A stretch of 64,000 nt of DNA from Clostridia bacterium (GTDB taxonomy: Bacteria > Bacillota > Clostridia > TANB77 > CAG-465). This document shows, one piece after another, positions 9,467 through 20,393 of the stretch. Made by a program: the position numbers and the translations under genes. The stretch spans positions 1 to 64,000 of the forward strand of contig JAZSNU010000011.1 of NCBI GenBank assembly GCA_045536565.1. The letters are read 5' to 3'. The notes beneath the pieces were generated by a model. The model ran no database searches and was not told the DNA's origin. It saw only the letters and a list, made by a program, of their open reading frames with translations. Within the stretch, counting starts at the first letter, position 1. Each line of letters starts with the position of its first letter.

Positions 9467-10621
9467 ATGTTAAAGAAAAAAATATTTTTAATTGGACTTT
9501 TTGTATTATTCTCGATGATATTTGTAAATACATGTTTCGCAGTTATAGAGCAAGTAGAAGATGAAAATATATTTCAAAACACATCAGCAGTTATAGTGGA
9601 AGATAGGGGAATAGTAGAAACCAATGATAGTTTTGATGAAATGTCTTCTGGAAGAGTCCAAAACTTAGTAGTTAGAGTTTTGTCAGGAGCCAAAGAAGGT
9701 GAAGAATATAACGCGACATATACCGTAATGGCAAAAGATGATAGCAATTTTAAATTTGATATATTAAAAGAGGGAGACAAGGTATATCTAACTATTGATG
9801 AAAGAATGGAAGAACCTGTTGTTTATGTATCAGGTATTCAAAGGCACAATTCACTACTTGTTTTAGCAATAATATTTTTACTTGCAATATTATTAGTTGG
9901 AAGAAAACAAGGATTGAAAACTATAATATCTCTTGTTGTTACAATCGGCATAGTATTCTTTTGGGCATTACCTAGTATAATTAATGGAGCAAGTCCACTA
10001 TTTGTTTCAATAGTAGTAAGTTCAGTAATTACAATAGTTACTTATTTGGTAATAAGTGGTTTTAATAAAAAAACACTCGCATCAATATTAGGTACAGTAG
10101 GAGGTTTGCTGCTATCTGCACTTGTAGTATATGTATTTGGATATTTTTCAAGACTATCAGGACTTAATGAGGAATCTATGTATCTAGCGTTTCTTCCACA
10201 AGGAACTGAGTTTGATTTAGTTGAGATTATATTTGCGGGTATAATAATTGGCGCGCTTGGTGCATGTATGGATATTTCAATGTCAATTGCATCAGCATTA
10301 GAAGAAATAAAGAAAGAAAATCCATCAGCAAATAGAAAAACATTATTTAAGGCGGGTATGAATATAGGTAAAGATGTAATGGGAACAAATACTAACACTT
10401 TAATTTTGGCATATGTAGGAAGTTCACTTACAATCTTAATATTATATATGGCCTATGGTATGAGTTTTGCTGAAATTGCTGATGTTGAAGTTGTAGCAGA
10501 AGCAATAATTAGGTCACTAGCAGGAAGTATGGGAATAATTGGTGTAATACCACTTACAGCATTTATTAGTAGTATGTTATATGCATCAAAAGAAGAATAT
10601 ATAGAAGAGGAAGAAGAATAA
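9467..10621 (+). CDS. YibE/F family membrane protein
   Basis: IIIGALGACMDISMSIASAL, GMNIGKDVMGTNTNTLILAYVGSSL; many TMs. Confidence 0.9.
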   Translation: MLKKKIFLIGLFVLFSMIFVNTCFAVIEQVEDENIFQNTSAVIVEDRGIVETNDSFDEMSSGRVQNLVVRVLSGAKEGEEYNATYTVMAKDDSNFKFDILKEGDKVYLTIDERMEEPVVYVSGIQRHNSLLVLAIIFLLAILLVGRKQGLKTIISLVVTIGIVFFWALPSIINGASPLFVSIVVSSVITIVTYLVISGFNKKTLASILGTVGGLLLSALVVYVFGYFSRLSGLNEESMYLAFLPQGTEFDLVEIIFAGIIIGALGACMDISMSIASALEEIKKENPSANRKTLFKAGMNIGKDVMGTNTNTLILAYVGSSLTILILYMAYGMSFAEIADVEVVAEAIIRSLAGSMGIIGVIPLTAFISSMLYASKEEYIEEEEE

Positions 10622-10638
10622 AACTAGGGGGAATATTT

Positions 10639-12339
10639 ATGAAAAAAGAAGTTGTAAAATATGATGTTAGAAAGATAACAGATATTAAAGATTTAATTAA
10701 TAGTAGCGCAGAAATATATCAGGATAAGGCTGCATATCTTGTAAAAAATTCAATCAGAGAATATGAAGAGGTTAGTTTTAATAAAGCAAAACAAAATATG
10801 GATGAACTAGGAACAGCATTAATAAATTTAGGGCTAAAAGGTGAAAAAATAGCGGTAATTGGAGAAAACAGATATGAGTGGGCAATATCTTATCTAGCTG
10901 TTATAAATGGAACAGGAATTGTAGTTCCGCTAGATAGAATGTTACCTGAAAACGAAATAGAAAGTTGCCTAAAAAGAGGAGAAGTTACAGCAGTTATTTA
11001 TTCTGGAAGATTAGAAAATGAAATGAAAAATATTTCAGAAAGAGTAGATAGTATTAAATATTTTATTGGAATGGATTTAAAAGAAGAGGTAGGTAAATTT
11101 AAATCATTAGAACTATTATTAAATAGAGGAAGAATATTACTTGAAGAAGGAAATACTGATTTTACAAATGCTGAAATAGATAAAGAGTCTGTTGCTGAAA
11201 TTTTGTTTACATCTGGTACTACATCTGAATCAAAAGCGGTTATGCTATCACATAATAACTTAGCATTTAATATTATGAATCAATGCTCAATGTTATATAT
11301 AGACGATAAGGACATATTCCTATCAGTGCTTCCAATACACCATGTATACGAATGTGTTTGTGGTTTCTTAACTCCATTTTATAGAGGATGTACAGTTGCA
11401 TATTGTGAGGGACTAAAATATATTCAAAAGAATATGCAAGAAGCAAAAGTAACAATGGTATTAGGTGTCCCATTAATATTTGAAACAATGTATAAAAGAA
11501 TATGGGCAGGAATTGAAAAACAAGGAAAAACCAAACTTGTTAAAATCATGGTTAAACTTACAAATTCTATGGGAAAAGTAGGTAAAAAATTAAAGAAAAT
11601 AGTATTTAAGAGTATATATGAGCAATTTGGAGGAAACATTAGATTATTTATAGCAGGTGCGGCCGCTATAAATCCAGAAGTATCAAAAGGGTTCCAGGAT
11701 TTTGGTATACTTGCAGTTCAAGGATATGGTCTTTCTGAGTGCGCACCAATAGTAGCTTTAAATCCAAATACTTGTCCAAAAGATGATGCAGCAGGACTTC
11801 CATTATTTAATACAGAAGTTAAAATTGTGGATGCAAACGATGAAGGTGTAGGAGAAATAGTTACAAAAGGAGAACATGTAATGCTTGGATATTACAAAAA
11901 TGAAGAGGCAACAAAAGAAGCAATAGTAGATGGTTTCTTCCATACAGGAGATTTAGGCTATATAGACGAAGATGGCTTTGTTCATATAACTGGTAGAAAG
12001 AAAAATGTAATAATAACTAAAAATGGTAAAAATGTATATCCAGAAGAAATTGAAGGATTAATAAATGACTTAGACACAGTAAAAGAATGTATGGTATTTG
12101 GTAAAAAAGAAGAGGATGATATAACATTAACGGTTCAAGTAATACCTGACATTGATAAGATAAAAGAAACAAATCCAGAAATTACAGATGAAAAAATTAA
12201 GGATTTAATTTGGAAAGAAATAAAGAAAATAAATGAAGGATTAGTTGTATATAAAAGAATAAAGAATTTAGAAATAAGAGATAAGGAATTTGAAAAGACA
12301 ACTACAATGAAGATAAAAAGGTATAAAGAAAGTGTATAA
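10639..12339 (+). CDS. Long-chain fatty acid--CoA ligase (AMP-binding)
   Basis: FTSGTTSESKAVMLSH, QGYGLSE, FHTGDLG, TGRKKN, KNGKNVYPEEIE. Confidence 0.93.
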   Translation: MKKEVVKYDVRKITDIKDLINSSAEIYQDKAAYLVKNSIREYEEVSFNKAKQNMDELGTALINLGLKGEKIAVIGENRYEWAISYLAVINGTGIVVPLDRMLPENEIESCLKRGEVTAVIYSGRLENEMKNISERVDSIKYFIGMDLKEEVGKFKSLELLLNRGRILLEEGNTDFTNAEIDKESVAEILFTSGTTSESKAVMLSHNNLAFNIMNQCSMLYIDDKDIFLSVLPIHHVYECVCGFLTPFYRGCTVAYCEGLKYIQKNMQEAKVTMVLGVPLIFETMYKRIWAGIEKQGKTKLVKIMVKLTNSMGKVGKKLKKIVFKSIYEQFGGNIRLFIAGAAAINPEVSKGFQDFGILAVQGYGLSECAPIVALNPNTCPKDDAAGLPLFNTEVKIVDANDEGVGEIVTKGEHVMLGYYKNEEATKEAIVDGFFHTGDLGYIDEDGFVHITGRKKNVIITKNGKNVYPEEIEGLINDLDTVKECMVFGKKEEDDITLTVQVIPDIDKIKETNPEITDEKIKDLIWKEIKKINEGLVVYKRIKNLEIRDKEFEKTTTMKIKRYKESV

Positions 12340-12412
12340 AAAGTGCTATAATAAGAAATCTGTGGTATAATATTACCATGGATTTTCTATTATATACTAG
12401 GAGGCATATATT

Positions 12413-13129
12413 TTGAAAAAGAAAAGTAAAAAGAAGATAGAGATTAATGAGATTATTAGTTGGACTATTAGAGCATTACTTATATTTGCAATAATAGAAA
12501 GTATTTTTTCTAAAAATTATCAAAATACTTTTGTTGCATCACTTACATTTGTAATGACATTTTATCCAAGTTTATTAAGGAAAAAATTTAGAGTATATTT
12601 ACCATCTACTATGCAGGTAATTATAACTTTATTTATATTTTCTGCACAGTTTTTAGGTGAGTTACATGATTTTTATTATAAATTTCCATGGTGGGATAAT
12701 ATGTTGCACTGTATATCAGGTAGTGTACTAGGAATAATAGGATTTATGTTTGTATATTTCTTGAACAAGACACATATAAAGAAAACAAAATTGAGCCCTA
12801 TATTTATATCATTATTTGCACTTTGTTTTTCAATTTCAATTGGTGTATGTTGGGAAATATTTGAATTTTCAGGAGATAGGTTACTAGGACTTAACATGCA
12901 AAAATTTAGAATGCATGGCGAAGATGGTCTTGTAGATACAATGACTGACCTTATAGTAGATACAATTGGTGCATTTATAGTTGCAGTTATAGGATATATA
13001 TATATGAAAGATGAGAAAAAGTTATTAAAAAAGAAAGTAAAAATGGAAGAATGGTTAAAAAGGCAAACTGAACTTGAAATGAATGAAGACGATAAAAAGT
13101 TGAGAGAAGAAGGATGTGGTAAAGAGTAG
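12413..13129 (+). CDS. Integral membrane protein (DUF2238-like)
   Basis: FYYKFPWWDNMLH, WEIFEF, GLVDTMTDLIVD motifs; TTG start after GGAGG. Confidence 0.7.
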   Translation: MKKKSKKKIEINEIISWTIRALLIFAIIESIFSKNYQNTFVASLTFVMTFYPSLLRKKFRVYLPSTMQVIITLFIFSAQFLGELHDFYYKFPWWDNMLHCISGSVLGIIGFMFVYFLNKTHIKKTKLSPIFISLFALCFSISIGVCWEIFEFSGDRLLGLNMQKFRMHGEDGLVDTMTDLIVDTIGAFIVAVIGYIYMKDEKKLLKKKVKMEEWLKRQTELEMNEDDKKLREEGCGKE

Positions 13130-13223
13130 GATATCCTACTTTTTGCCACATTGTTTGTTTGAAATAACTAGTAAAATGTTGTATAATGTGTTTATATATT
13201 AAACATTAGGAGATGACTAATTT

Positions 13224-14765
13224 ATGAAAATAATAGAAAAATTCTTTAAGCTTATATTTGGAAGAACAGTTATAGCAATAATAGCACTTGCTATTCAAAT
13301 TTTAATTTTCTATATAAGTTACAAATTTTGTGAAGAGTATATAGGATATATCTTTACTGGGTTTTCTTTGCTTAGCGCAGCAATCGTAATATTCATTTTA
13401 AATAGTAAGCAAAATCCAGCATTTAAAATAGCATGGATAATACCAGTTTTAGTATTTCCTTTTTTTGGAGTTACAATGTATTTGTTTTTAAAAGCCCAGC
13501 AAACACCAAAAAGAATTAATAAGAGAATTAAAAGCATAGAAGAAAATATGGGACCTTATCTAAAACAAGATGAAGATATACTAAGCGAAGTGGATAAAGA
13601 AAGTAGAAGAATATATAATTTGGCTAGATACATGAATAATGCAGGAAATTTTCCTGTATATAAAAATACAGATGTAGAATATTTTCCGGTTGGAGAGGCT
13701 AAATTTAATAGATTGGTAGAAGAATTAAAAAAAGCTGAAAAATATATCTTTATGGAGTACTACATAATTGCAAAGAGTAAGATGTGGAATACTATATTAG
13801 AAATTTTAGAAGAAAAAGTAAAAGCAGGTGTTGAAGTAAGAGTAATGTACGATGGTATGTGTTCAATAAAAATGTTACCTTGGAGTTTTCCTTTAAGCTT
13901 AGAAGCAAAAGGTATTAAATGTAAAGTATTCTCGCCACTTTTCCCTGTTATATCAACATACCAAAATAATAGAGATCACAGAAAAATAGTTGTAATAGAT
14001 GGTAAGGTTGCTTTTACTGGTGGAATAAACATAGGTGATGAATATATTAATGAGTATGAAAGATTTGGACATTGGAAAGATACATCGATTATGCTTAAAG
14101 GTGATGCAGTAAAAACTTTTGTATTGTTATTTTTACAAATGTGGAACTTAGATGAGAAAAAATTAGAAGATTATACTAAATATATTCTAGATGATAAAAT
14201 AGAAACAAGTGATAATGAATCATATGTTATTCCTTATGGTGAAAATCCATATGATGAATATAACATAGCAGAGCAAGTATATATTGATATGATAAATACT
14301 GCTAAAAAATATGTTCATATTATGACTCCTTATTTAATACTTGATAATGAAATGATAACAACTTTAAAATATGCAGCAAAAAGAGGAGTAGAAACTATAA
14401 TTATAATGCCACATATACCTGATAAAATGTATGCATATCTTCTTGCTAGAACATATTACGAAGAACTATTAGAAGCAGGTGTAAAAATATATGAATATAC
14501 ACCAGGATTTGTTCACGCAAAAGTTGTGATAACAGATGATGAAGAGTCAGTAGTAGGAACAATAAATATGGATTATAGAAGTTTGTATCTTAATTTTGAA
14601 TGCGCAGTATATATGTACAAAAATAAAGTTATACAAGAGATAGAAGACGATTTTAAACTTACTCTAAATGAATGTGAAGAAGTAACATTAAAAGACCAAA
14701 GAAACTATAATATATTTAAAAAGATAGCTGGACAAATATTAAGACTGTTTGCACCGCTTATGTAA
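13224..14765 (+). CDS. cls: Cardiolipin synthase
   Basis: Two PLD HKD motifs (HRKIVVIDG; HAKVVITD) and N-terminal TMs. Confidence 0.93.
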   Translation: MKIIEKFFKLIFGRTVIAIIALAIQILIFYISYKFCEEYIGYIFTGFSLLSAAIVIFILNSKQNPAFKIAWIIPVLVFPFFGVTMYLFLKAQQTPKRINKRIKSIEENMGPYLKQDEDILSEVDKESRRIYNLARYMNNAGNFPVYKNTDVEYFPVGEAKFNRLVEELKKAEKYIFMEYYIIAKSKMWNTILEILEEKVKAGVEVRVMYDGMCSIKMLPWSFPLSLEAKGIKCKVFSPLFPVISTYQNNRDHRKIVVIDGKVAFTGGINIGDEYINEYERFGHWKDTSIMLKGDAVKTFVLLFLQMWNLDEKKLEDYTKYILDDKIETSDNESYVIPYGENPYDEYNIAEQVYIDMINTAKKYVHIMTPYLILDNEMITTLKYAAKRGVETIIIMPHIPDKMYAYLLARTYYEELLEAGVKIYEYTPGFVHAKVVITDDEESVVGTINMDYRSLYLNFECAVYMYKNKVIQEIEDDFKLTLNECEEVTLKDQRNYNIFKKIAGQILRLFAPLM

Positions 14766-14805
14766 AAAGTATATTAAAAATTAATGTAAAATATGAATAA
14801 AAAAG

Positions 14806-14838
14806 AAAAGCACATAGAAAATAAATCTATGTGCTTTT
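14806..14838. terminator. Bidirectional terminator between cls and murC
   Basis: AAAAGCACATAGA...TCTATGTGCTTTT. Confidence 0.85.
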
Positions 14839-14843
14839 ATCTA

Positions 14844-16247
14844 TTATAACAAATCGCTTAATTTAGTTATTGTTCCTGCACCTATTGTAAGAATAATATC
14901 GTTTGGCTGTATAACTTCTTTTATTTTATTTGCTATCTCTTCAAAAGCAGGGATATATAGTGTATTAATACCATTTTTATTAAGCTTTTCTGCTAACATT
15001 TTAGAAGAGATAGTTCCATCATCTATTTCGCGAGCAGCGTAAATATCTGTTAATATAACAAGATCTGCTTTATCAAAACATTTAGCGAATTTATCAAATA
15101 ATGTTTTAGTTCTAGAATATGTATGAGGTTGAAATACTGCAATAACCTTGTTCTTAGATTTGTTTTTTGCAGATTCTAATGTTGCAGCAATTTCAGTTGG
15201 ATGATGAGCATAATCATCATATACATTTACATTATCTCCAATTGTTTTTTTGTATTCAAATCTTCTGCTAGCACCAGTAAATGATTCAATACTTTCTTTG
15301 GCAAGTGTAACATCTAAGCCATTTGAATATATTGTTCCAGCAGTTGCTAAACTGTTTAAAACATTGTGTCTTCCAGGTGCACTTAAAGAAATGTTAGTAA
15401 TAAATTTAGAATTAATGTATAAATCATATTTATAAGCACCAAATTCGTTTATTTCTATATTATCTGCAAATAGGTTAGCGGATTTATCTTTTATAGAATA
15501 AGTTAATACTGTAATGTTATTTTCTTTGATAAATGAATTTAAAATATTTAATATATCAACACAATTTTCATCATCTTTGTTTATAATCAACTTTCCGTTT
15601 TTAGGTAACATAGATATAAAGTTAATAAAGGATTCCTTAATATGATTTAAATCTTTAAAATAGTCTAAATGTTCTTCTTCTATATTTAATATTACTGCTG
15701 TTTCTGGCGGGAAATTAAGAAAACTATCTACATATTCGCAAGCCTCTAAAATAAAATATTCATTACCTCCTATAAGATAATTTACATCACCAAGTTCTTT
15801 TAACTTAGAACCTACAAGAACAGTAGGATTTGTATTTAACTTCATAAAAGCACTTGCTATCATAGAAGTTGTTGTGGTTTTACCGTGCATACCTGCTATG
15901 CATATTGGTTTGCTGTATTTATTTAAAAGAATTCTTAGAAATGGTGCTCTTTCAAGCGTAGGAATACCAAGTTTATTAGCCTCTACTAACTCTTCATCAG
16001 TATCTTTTATAGCGGCAGTATATACAACTAAATCAGCATCTTTTACAAGTTTTTTGTTATGCCCTATAAATACATCAATATTTTCATTTCTTAATATTTT
16101 TACCATATCTCCTTCTGCCGAGTCAGAGCCAGTAACTGTATACCCTGCTTTTTTTAGCATTACAGCAATACCACTCATACTAACTCCGCCTATTCCAATC
16201 ATATGGATTTTATTTATTTTACTTAAATCAATATTTAAATTATTCAC
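14844..16247 (-). CDS. murC: UDP-N-acetylmuramate--L-alanine ligase
   Basis: IGIGGVSMSG, AGMHGKTTTT, EACEY, DDYAHHPTE, FQPHTYSRT. Confidence 0.96.
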   Translation of the reverse strand: MNNLNIDLSKINKIHMIGIGGVSMSGIAVMLKKAGYTVTGSDSAEGDMVKILRNENIDVFIGHNKKLVKDADLVVYTAAIKDTDEELVEANKLGIPTLERAPFLRILLNKYSKPICIAGMHGKTTTTSMIASAFMKLNTNPTVLVGSKLKELGDVNYLIGGNEYFILEACEYVDSFLNFPPETAVILNIEEEHLDYFKDLNHIKESFINFISMLPKNGKLIINKDDENCVDILNILNSFIKENNITVLTYSIKDKSANLFADNIEINEFGAYKYDLYINSKFITNISLSAPGRHNVLNSLATAGTIYSNGLDVTLAKESIESFTGASRRFEYKKTIGDNVNVYDDYAHHPTEIAATLESAKNKSKNKVIAVFQPHTYSRTKTLFDKFAKCFDKADLVILTDIYAAREIDDGTISSKMLAEKLNKNGINTLYIPAFEEIANKIKEVIQPNDIILTIGAGTITKLSDLL

Positions 16248-16378
16248 TAAAAATCACTTCCTAAACATCATTATACTAAAATATATTTTACATATCAACA
16301 ATCAATGTGCAAAAATAACTAAAATTTGCAAAATAGCAATAATTGTTATATAATATATGCGAAATTGGGGTAGAGTTT

Positions 16379-17425
16379 ATGTGGTTTGAAAATGTAGTTA
16401 TAATTCTTACTTGGTTTACACTTGCAAGTATATATTTAAAAATATGTGTGGAAAATAAAAAAATATTTAATATTGTAATGTTTGTATTAAATATAGTATT
16501 TGGGATCGCATATTTTTTAAGAGATATAATAAAAATTGAAATGAGTAGTATTATGCAAGTATTAATACTTTTATTTATGTATATAATTCCAATTGTAACA
16601 ATATATTTGAAATACAATAATATAGCGATAAAACAAAAATTAATATGCTTATTTGGAAAATTATACTATAATATGGGAAGATACGATATAGCAATTAAGT
16701 TATATACACATAGCATTAGGACAAATAAAAAGAGTGTAACATCTAATAATTATTATATTTTAGGTAGATGTTTAAGAAAAGAAAGAAGATATTTAGACGC
16801 AAGGGATATGTTTATAGAGGCAATAGAACTTGATAAAAATAACTATATGGCATATTATGAGTTAGGACTTACACTTAGTGCATCAGACAAAAAAGATACT
16901 GCAATTATAATGCTTAGTAATGCACTAAAAATAGAGCCTGAGTTTAAAGATGCAAAGGTTGCACTTGCAATAACATATTCTGAAATAGGTAGGGTTAAAG
17001 AGGCTGTTAGTATATATAACGAAATAATAGAAAAAGATGAAGCAGATGAAGAAGTGCTATATAACCTTGCAAATATATACTACTATGAATTAAATGAGCA
17101 AGACAAAGCAGAAGAGTGTTATACAAAAGCAGTAGAAACAAATAACAAATTATATGCGGCTTGGTATAATTTGGGTAATATAAATTATATGAAAGGTGAT
17201 TATGAGGCTAGTATAAAGTCTTTAAATATATCAAAACAAAGTGAAGTGTTTAAAGATAAATCAGATTATATGCTCGCAAAAAATCATATTGCTGTTATGG
17301 AAGTAGATAAAGCAAAAAAAATACTGCAAAAATTAATTAAAAGAGATGAAATGTATGTTGCTAAAATAAAGAATGAAATAATATTTGAAGAAATTTTATC
17401 AGATATTCTTATTGAGCAAGAATAA
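16379..17425 (+). CDS. Membrane-anchored tetratricopeptide-repeat protein
   Basis: Three N-terminal TMs followed by TPR-type repeats (YYELG, LYNLA, AWYNLG); start may be 16343. Confidence 0.85.
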   Translation: MWFENVVIILTWFTLASIYLKICVENKKIFNIVMFVLNIVFGIAYFLRDIIKIEMSSIMQVLILLFMYIIPIVTIYLKYNNIAIKQKLICLFGKLYYNMGRYDIAIKLYTHSIRTNKKSVTSNNYYILGRCLRKERRYLDARDMFIEAIELDKNNYMAYYELGLTLSASDKKDTAIIMLSNALKIEPEFKDAKVALAITYSEIGRVKEAVSIYNEIIEKDEADEEVLYNLANIYYYELNEQDKAEECYTKAVETNNKLYAAWYNLGNINYMKGDYEASIKSLNISKQSEVFKDKSDYMLAKNHIAVMEVDKAKKILQKLIKRDEMYVAKIKNEIIFEEILSDILIEQE

Positions 17426-17492
17426 AAAATATACAAATTTAAATATAGACATTTAAATAAATTTATGCTATTATATATAGCATAAATTATAT

Positions 17493-17575
17493 GCCGATGT
17501 GGCGGAACTGGCAGACGCACACGACTCAAAATCGTGCGGGAAACCATGTGGGTTCGAGTCCCACCATCGGTACCA
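17493..17575 (+). tRNA. tRNA-Leu (CAA)
   Basis: GCCGATG acceptor stem, anticodon loop CTCAAAA, long variable arm, GGTTCGAGTCC T-arm, encoded CCA. Confidence 0.97.
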
Positions 17576-17637
17576 AATGAAGTAGCACCTGTGATTGACA
17601 TGGGTGTTATTTATTAATATGATAAATAAAGAGGTGA

Positions 17638-17967
17638 GTGATGGTAAAAACATATAACAAATTAGTAAGAAATAAAATACCAGAAATAATAGTTAAAAAT
17701 AATGGAACACCTACTACTAGAATTTTAACAGATGAAGATTATAATATTGAGCTTATTAAAAAACTAAAAGAAGAATGTAAGGAAGTAGAAAATGCTAATG
17801 ATAAAAAAGAAATATTAGAAGAATGTGCTGATGTTTTGCAAGTTATTGAAGATATTGCAAAACTTAATGGGAGTTCAATAGATGAAATTGTAGAAATAAA
17901 AAAACATAAAGAAGAAAAAAGAGGTGCATTTGATAGCAAAGTATTTCTTGAAAGTGTAGAAGAATAG
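17638..17967 (+). CDS. MazG/HisE-like nucleoside triphosphate pyrophosphohydrolase
   Basis: YNKLVRNKIPEII, KLKEECKE, EECADVLQV, KRGAF motifs. Confidence 0.88.
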   Translation: MMVKTYNKLVRNKIPEIIVKNNGTPTTRILTDEDYNIELIKKLKEECKEVENANDKKEILEECADVLQVIEDIAKLNGSSIDEIVEIKKHKEEKRGAFDSKVFLESVEE

Positions 17968-18125
17968 ATTACTCATTTATTTAAATTCTATCCTAATTGG
18001 TTTGCTCATATGTAGTCTATACGGTATAAATTGGTAAATAAAAATTCGAAAAAACATTTACTTTTTTTCTTTTGTGTGTTATAATATTATTGTAGTCAGA
18101 AGACAGTAGAAATGGGGGACGGAAT

Positions 18126-18656
18126 ATGTTTCATATAGGAGATAAAGTAGTATATCCAATGCATGGAGCTGGAACAATAGAGTCAATCGAAGAAAAAGAA
18201 ATGTTTGGAGATAAATCAGAATATTATATAATAAAAATGCCAATGAATGATATGAAACTTATGGTGCCTACAAAAACAGCGGTTAATGTAGGAGTAAGAG
18301 AAGTATCAAATGGAAGCATAGCAAATGAAGTGTTTAAAGTTTTAGAAAAACCTAAACAAGCATATGTTCATGAAAATAATTGGAGCAAAAGATATAGAGC
18401 AAATGTAGATAAAATAAAATCAGGAGATATATTAGAACTTGCAGATGTAGTAAGAGATCTTTCTCATAGACACATGGAAAGAGGACTTTCTACAGGTGAG
18501 AAAAAGATGCTTACATCAGCAAGAGAAATATTAATTAGCGAATTAGTATTAGCACAAGATTTAGATCATAATTTAGTAGGAGAAGAAATCGAAGAAAAAA
18601 TTAAAATGTCTTTTGATTTAGGAAATTCTACTGAGGCAGTAAAAGAAGAATTATAA
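18126..18656 (+). CDS. carD: CarD family transcriptional regulator
   Basis: FHIGDKVVYPMHGAG, NWSKRYR, LSTGEKKML. Confidence 0.93.
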   Translation: MFHIGDKVVYPMHGAGTIESIEEKEMFGDKSEYYIIKMPMNDMKLMVPTKTAVNVGVREVSNGSIANEVFKVLEKPKQAYVHENNWSKRYRANVDKIKSGDILELADVVRDLSHRHMERGLSTGEKKMLTSAREILISELVLAQDLDHNLVGEEIEEKIKMSFDLGNSTEAVKEEL

Positions 18657-18733
18657 TATGTGTAATGTATAAGCGGGCTTAGTGGCTCGCTTTTTGTTGA
18701 CTTTAAATACGAAAATGATATAATGTAATTGTT

Positions 18734-18809
18734 GCTGGTGTAGCTCAGTCGGTAGAGCAATTGATTCGTAATCAATAGGTCATCAGTTCGATTCTGATCA
18801 TCAGCTCCA
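18734..18809 (+). tRNA. tRNA-Thr (CGT)
   Basis: GCTGGTG...CATCAGC acceptor stem, anticodon loop TTCGTAA, GTTCGATT T-loop, CCA; preceded by a TTGACT..TATAAT promoter. Confidence 0.97.
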
Positions 18810-18816
18810 TGCACAG

Positions 18817-18853
18817 AAACTAACTAGATTATAAAAGGCTAGTTAGTTTTTTT
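18817..18853 (+). terminator. Intrinsic terminator after tRNA-Thr
   Basis: AAACTAACTAG...CTAGTTAGTTT plus T tract. Confidence 0.8.
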
Positions 18854-18954
18854 ACATATGTTAACATTAGTTGACAAATTTCCACTTAAAATTGCTAGTA
18901 ATTTTTTGATATATGTGTTAACATTTAATTATGTGGTTTGGAGGTATAAATAAA

Positions 18955-19716
18955 ATGAAATTTGAAGAAAAACTAATTAAATTAAGAAAACAAAAAATAC
19001 TATCTCAGGAAGAATTGGCAGAAAAATTAAATGTAACAAGACAAACAATATCAAAGTGGGAATTAGGACAAACAAAACCTGACATTGATAAAATAAAGGA
19101 GATAAGTGAACTTTTTGAAGTTAGTGTTGAGGAATTAATAAATGACGAAACAGATATTCAAAAAGAAAGTAATGAGCAAATAAAGCCAAAGAAGGAAAGA
19201 AAATATTTGATATATATTTTAGTACTTGTTTTAATTGCTGCAATAGTTACTTTAATAATAAGAATAAATGTGAAAAAAGAACAAGATAAAGCAGAAGGTA
19301 AAAATACAGGAATATTCTCAATTTTTGATGGCTTCTTTGATGATTTTAACGAGGCATCTTCAAGTATGCAAAGTCAATATCAACAAAATGTAGATAAAAT
19401 GAATCAAGAACATCAAAATAGAGTAGAACAAATGAATAAAGAATCTGAAAAGAGAACACACAATCTTAGTTTCGAAAATAGTACTGGAACTGAGCCAACT
19501 CTATTTGTAGAAAGTACATTAGATAAGATAATAAGTGTTAACAAAAAGAATACAGGACATACTGTGACATTAATATATAATAATATTGTAACTACTGATG
19601 AAACAGAAATAAAGAATATAAAACATTCATTAGTAGATTTTAGTGAATATGAAGTTTCAATAGAGTATGATGATGAAGGATATGTAAATAAAGTAATCCT
19701 TGAAGATATAAAGTAA
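18955..19716 (+). CDS. XRE HTH regulator fused to a TM helix and an extracytoplasmic domain
   Basis: LSQEELAEKLNVTRQTISKWELG HTH; central TM; ATG at 18955 after GGAGG. Confidence 0.85.
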   Translation: MKFEEKLIKLRKQKILSQEELAEKLNVTRQTISKWELGQTKPDIDKIKEISELFEVSVEELINDETDIQKESNEQIKPKKERKYLIYILVLVLIAAIVTLIIRINVKKEQDKAEGKNTGIFSIFDGFFDDFNEASSSMQSQYQQNVDKMNQEHQNRVEQMNKESEKRTHNLSFENSTGTEPTLFVESTLDKIISVNKKNTGHTVTLIYNNIVTTDETEIKNIKHSLVDFSEYEVSIEYDDEGYVNKVILEDIK

Positions 19717-19729
19717 GGAGTGAGTAGGT

Positions 19730-20275
19730 ATGATAATAAATATATGTTTAATGATAGTAATAGTATTAATAGTAATAATTTTAGGTTATTACAACAAACT
19801 TGTAAAACAAAAAAATCATGTTAAACAAGCAGAATCAGGAATAGATATTGTATTAAAACAAAGATTTGATTTAATACCAAATATAGTAGAATGTGTAAAA
19901 GGATATTCAAAATATGAAAGTGAAACACTAGAAGATTTAGTTGAGGCAAGAACATCATATAATAAAAAAGAGGGCCTTGATATAAAACAAGCAGAAATAA
20001 TAAATGATAAAGTTAATAGACTTTTAGCAGTAGCAGAAAGTTATCCAGACTTAAAATCAAATCAGCAATATTTAGTATTACAAAATAGATTAAGTGAAAT
20101 AGAAGATAAATTACAATATGCTAGAAGTATATACAATTCAGCAGTAACAAAATACAATACATCAATTGAAACAATACCTTGTAATATTGTTGCAAAAATG
20201 TTTGTTTTTGAAAGATACGAATTGTTTAAAATAGAAGATAGTACAAGAGAAAATATTAATATAGCAGTTAATTAA
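19730..20275 (+). CDS. lemA: LemA family protein
   Basis: N-terminal TM; LKQRFDLIPN, AVAESYPDLKSN, YNSAVTKYN. Confidence 0.93.
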   Translation: MIINICLMIVIVLIVIILGYYNKLVKQKNHVKQAESGIDIVLKQRFDLIPNIVECVKGYSKYESETLEDLVEARTSYNKKEGLDIKQAEIINDKVNRLLAVAESYPDLKSNQQYLVLQNRLSEIEDKLQYARSIYNSAVTKYNTSIETIPCNIVAKMFVFERYELFKIEDSTRENINIAVN

Positions 20276-20393
20276 AAGTTTGGAAGTATAGAATTAATCA
20301 AAATTCTATACTTCATTTTTTCCACATTTCTTATTTGTTTAGTATTAAAATATCATAGTTGCATATAATATTTACTAAAAGGAGATTGGTATT

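Noticed and set aside
17284-18814. Minus-strand ORFs 17284-17601, 17471-17653 and 18566-18814
   Set aside because: They are shadows of tRNA genes and neighbouring CDSs.
17493-18853. Integrative element at tRNA-Leu or tRNA-Thr
   Set aside because: No integrase and no duplicated tRNA 3' end were seen in the window.
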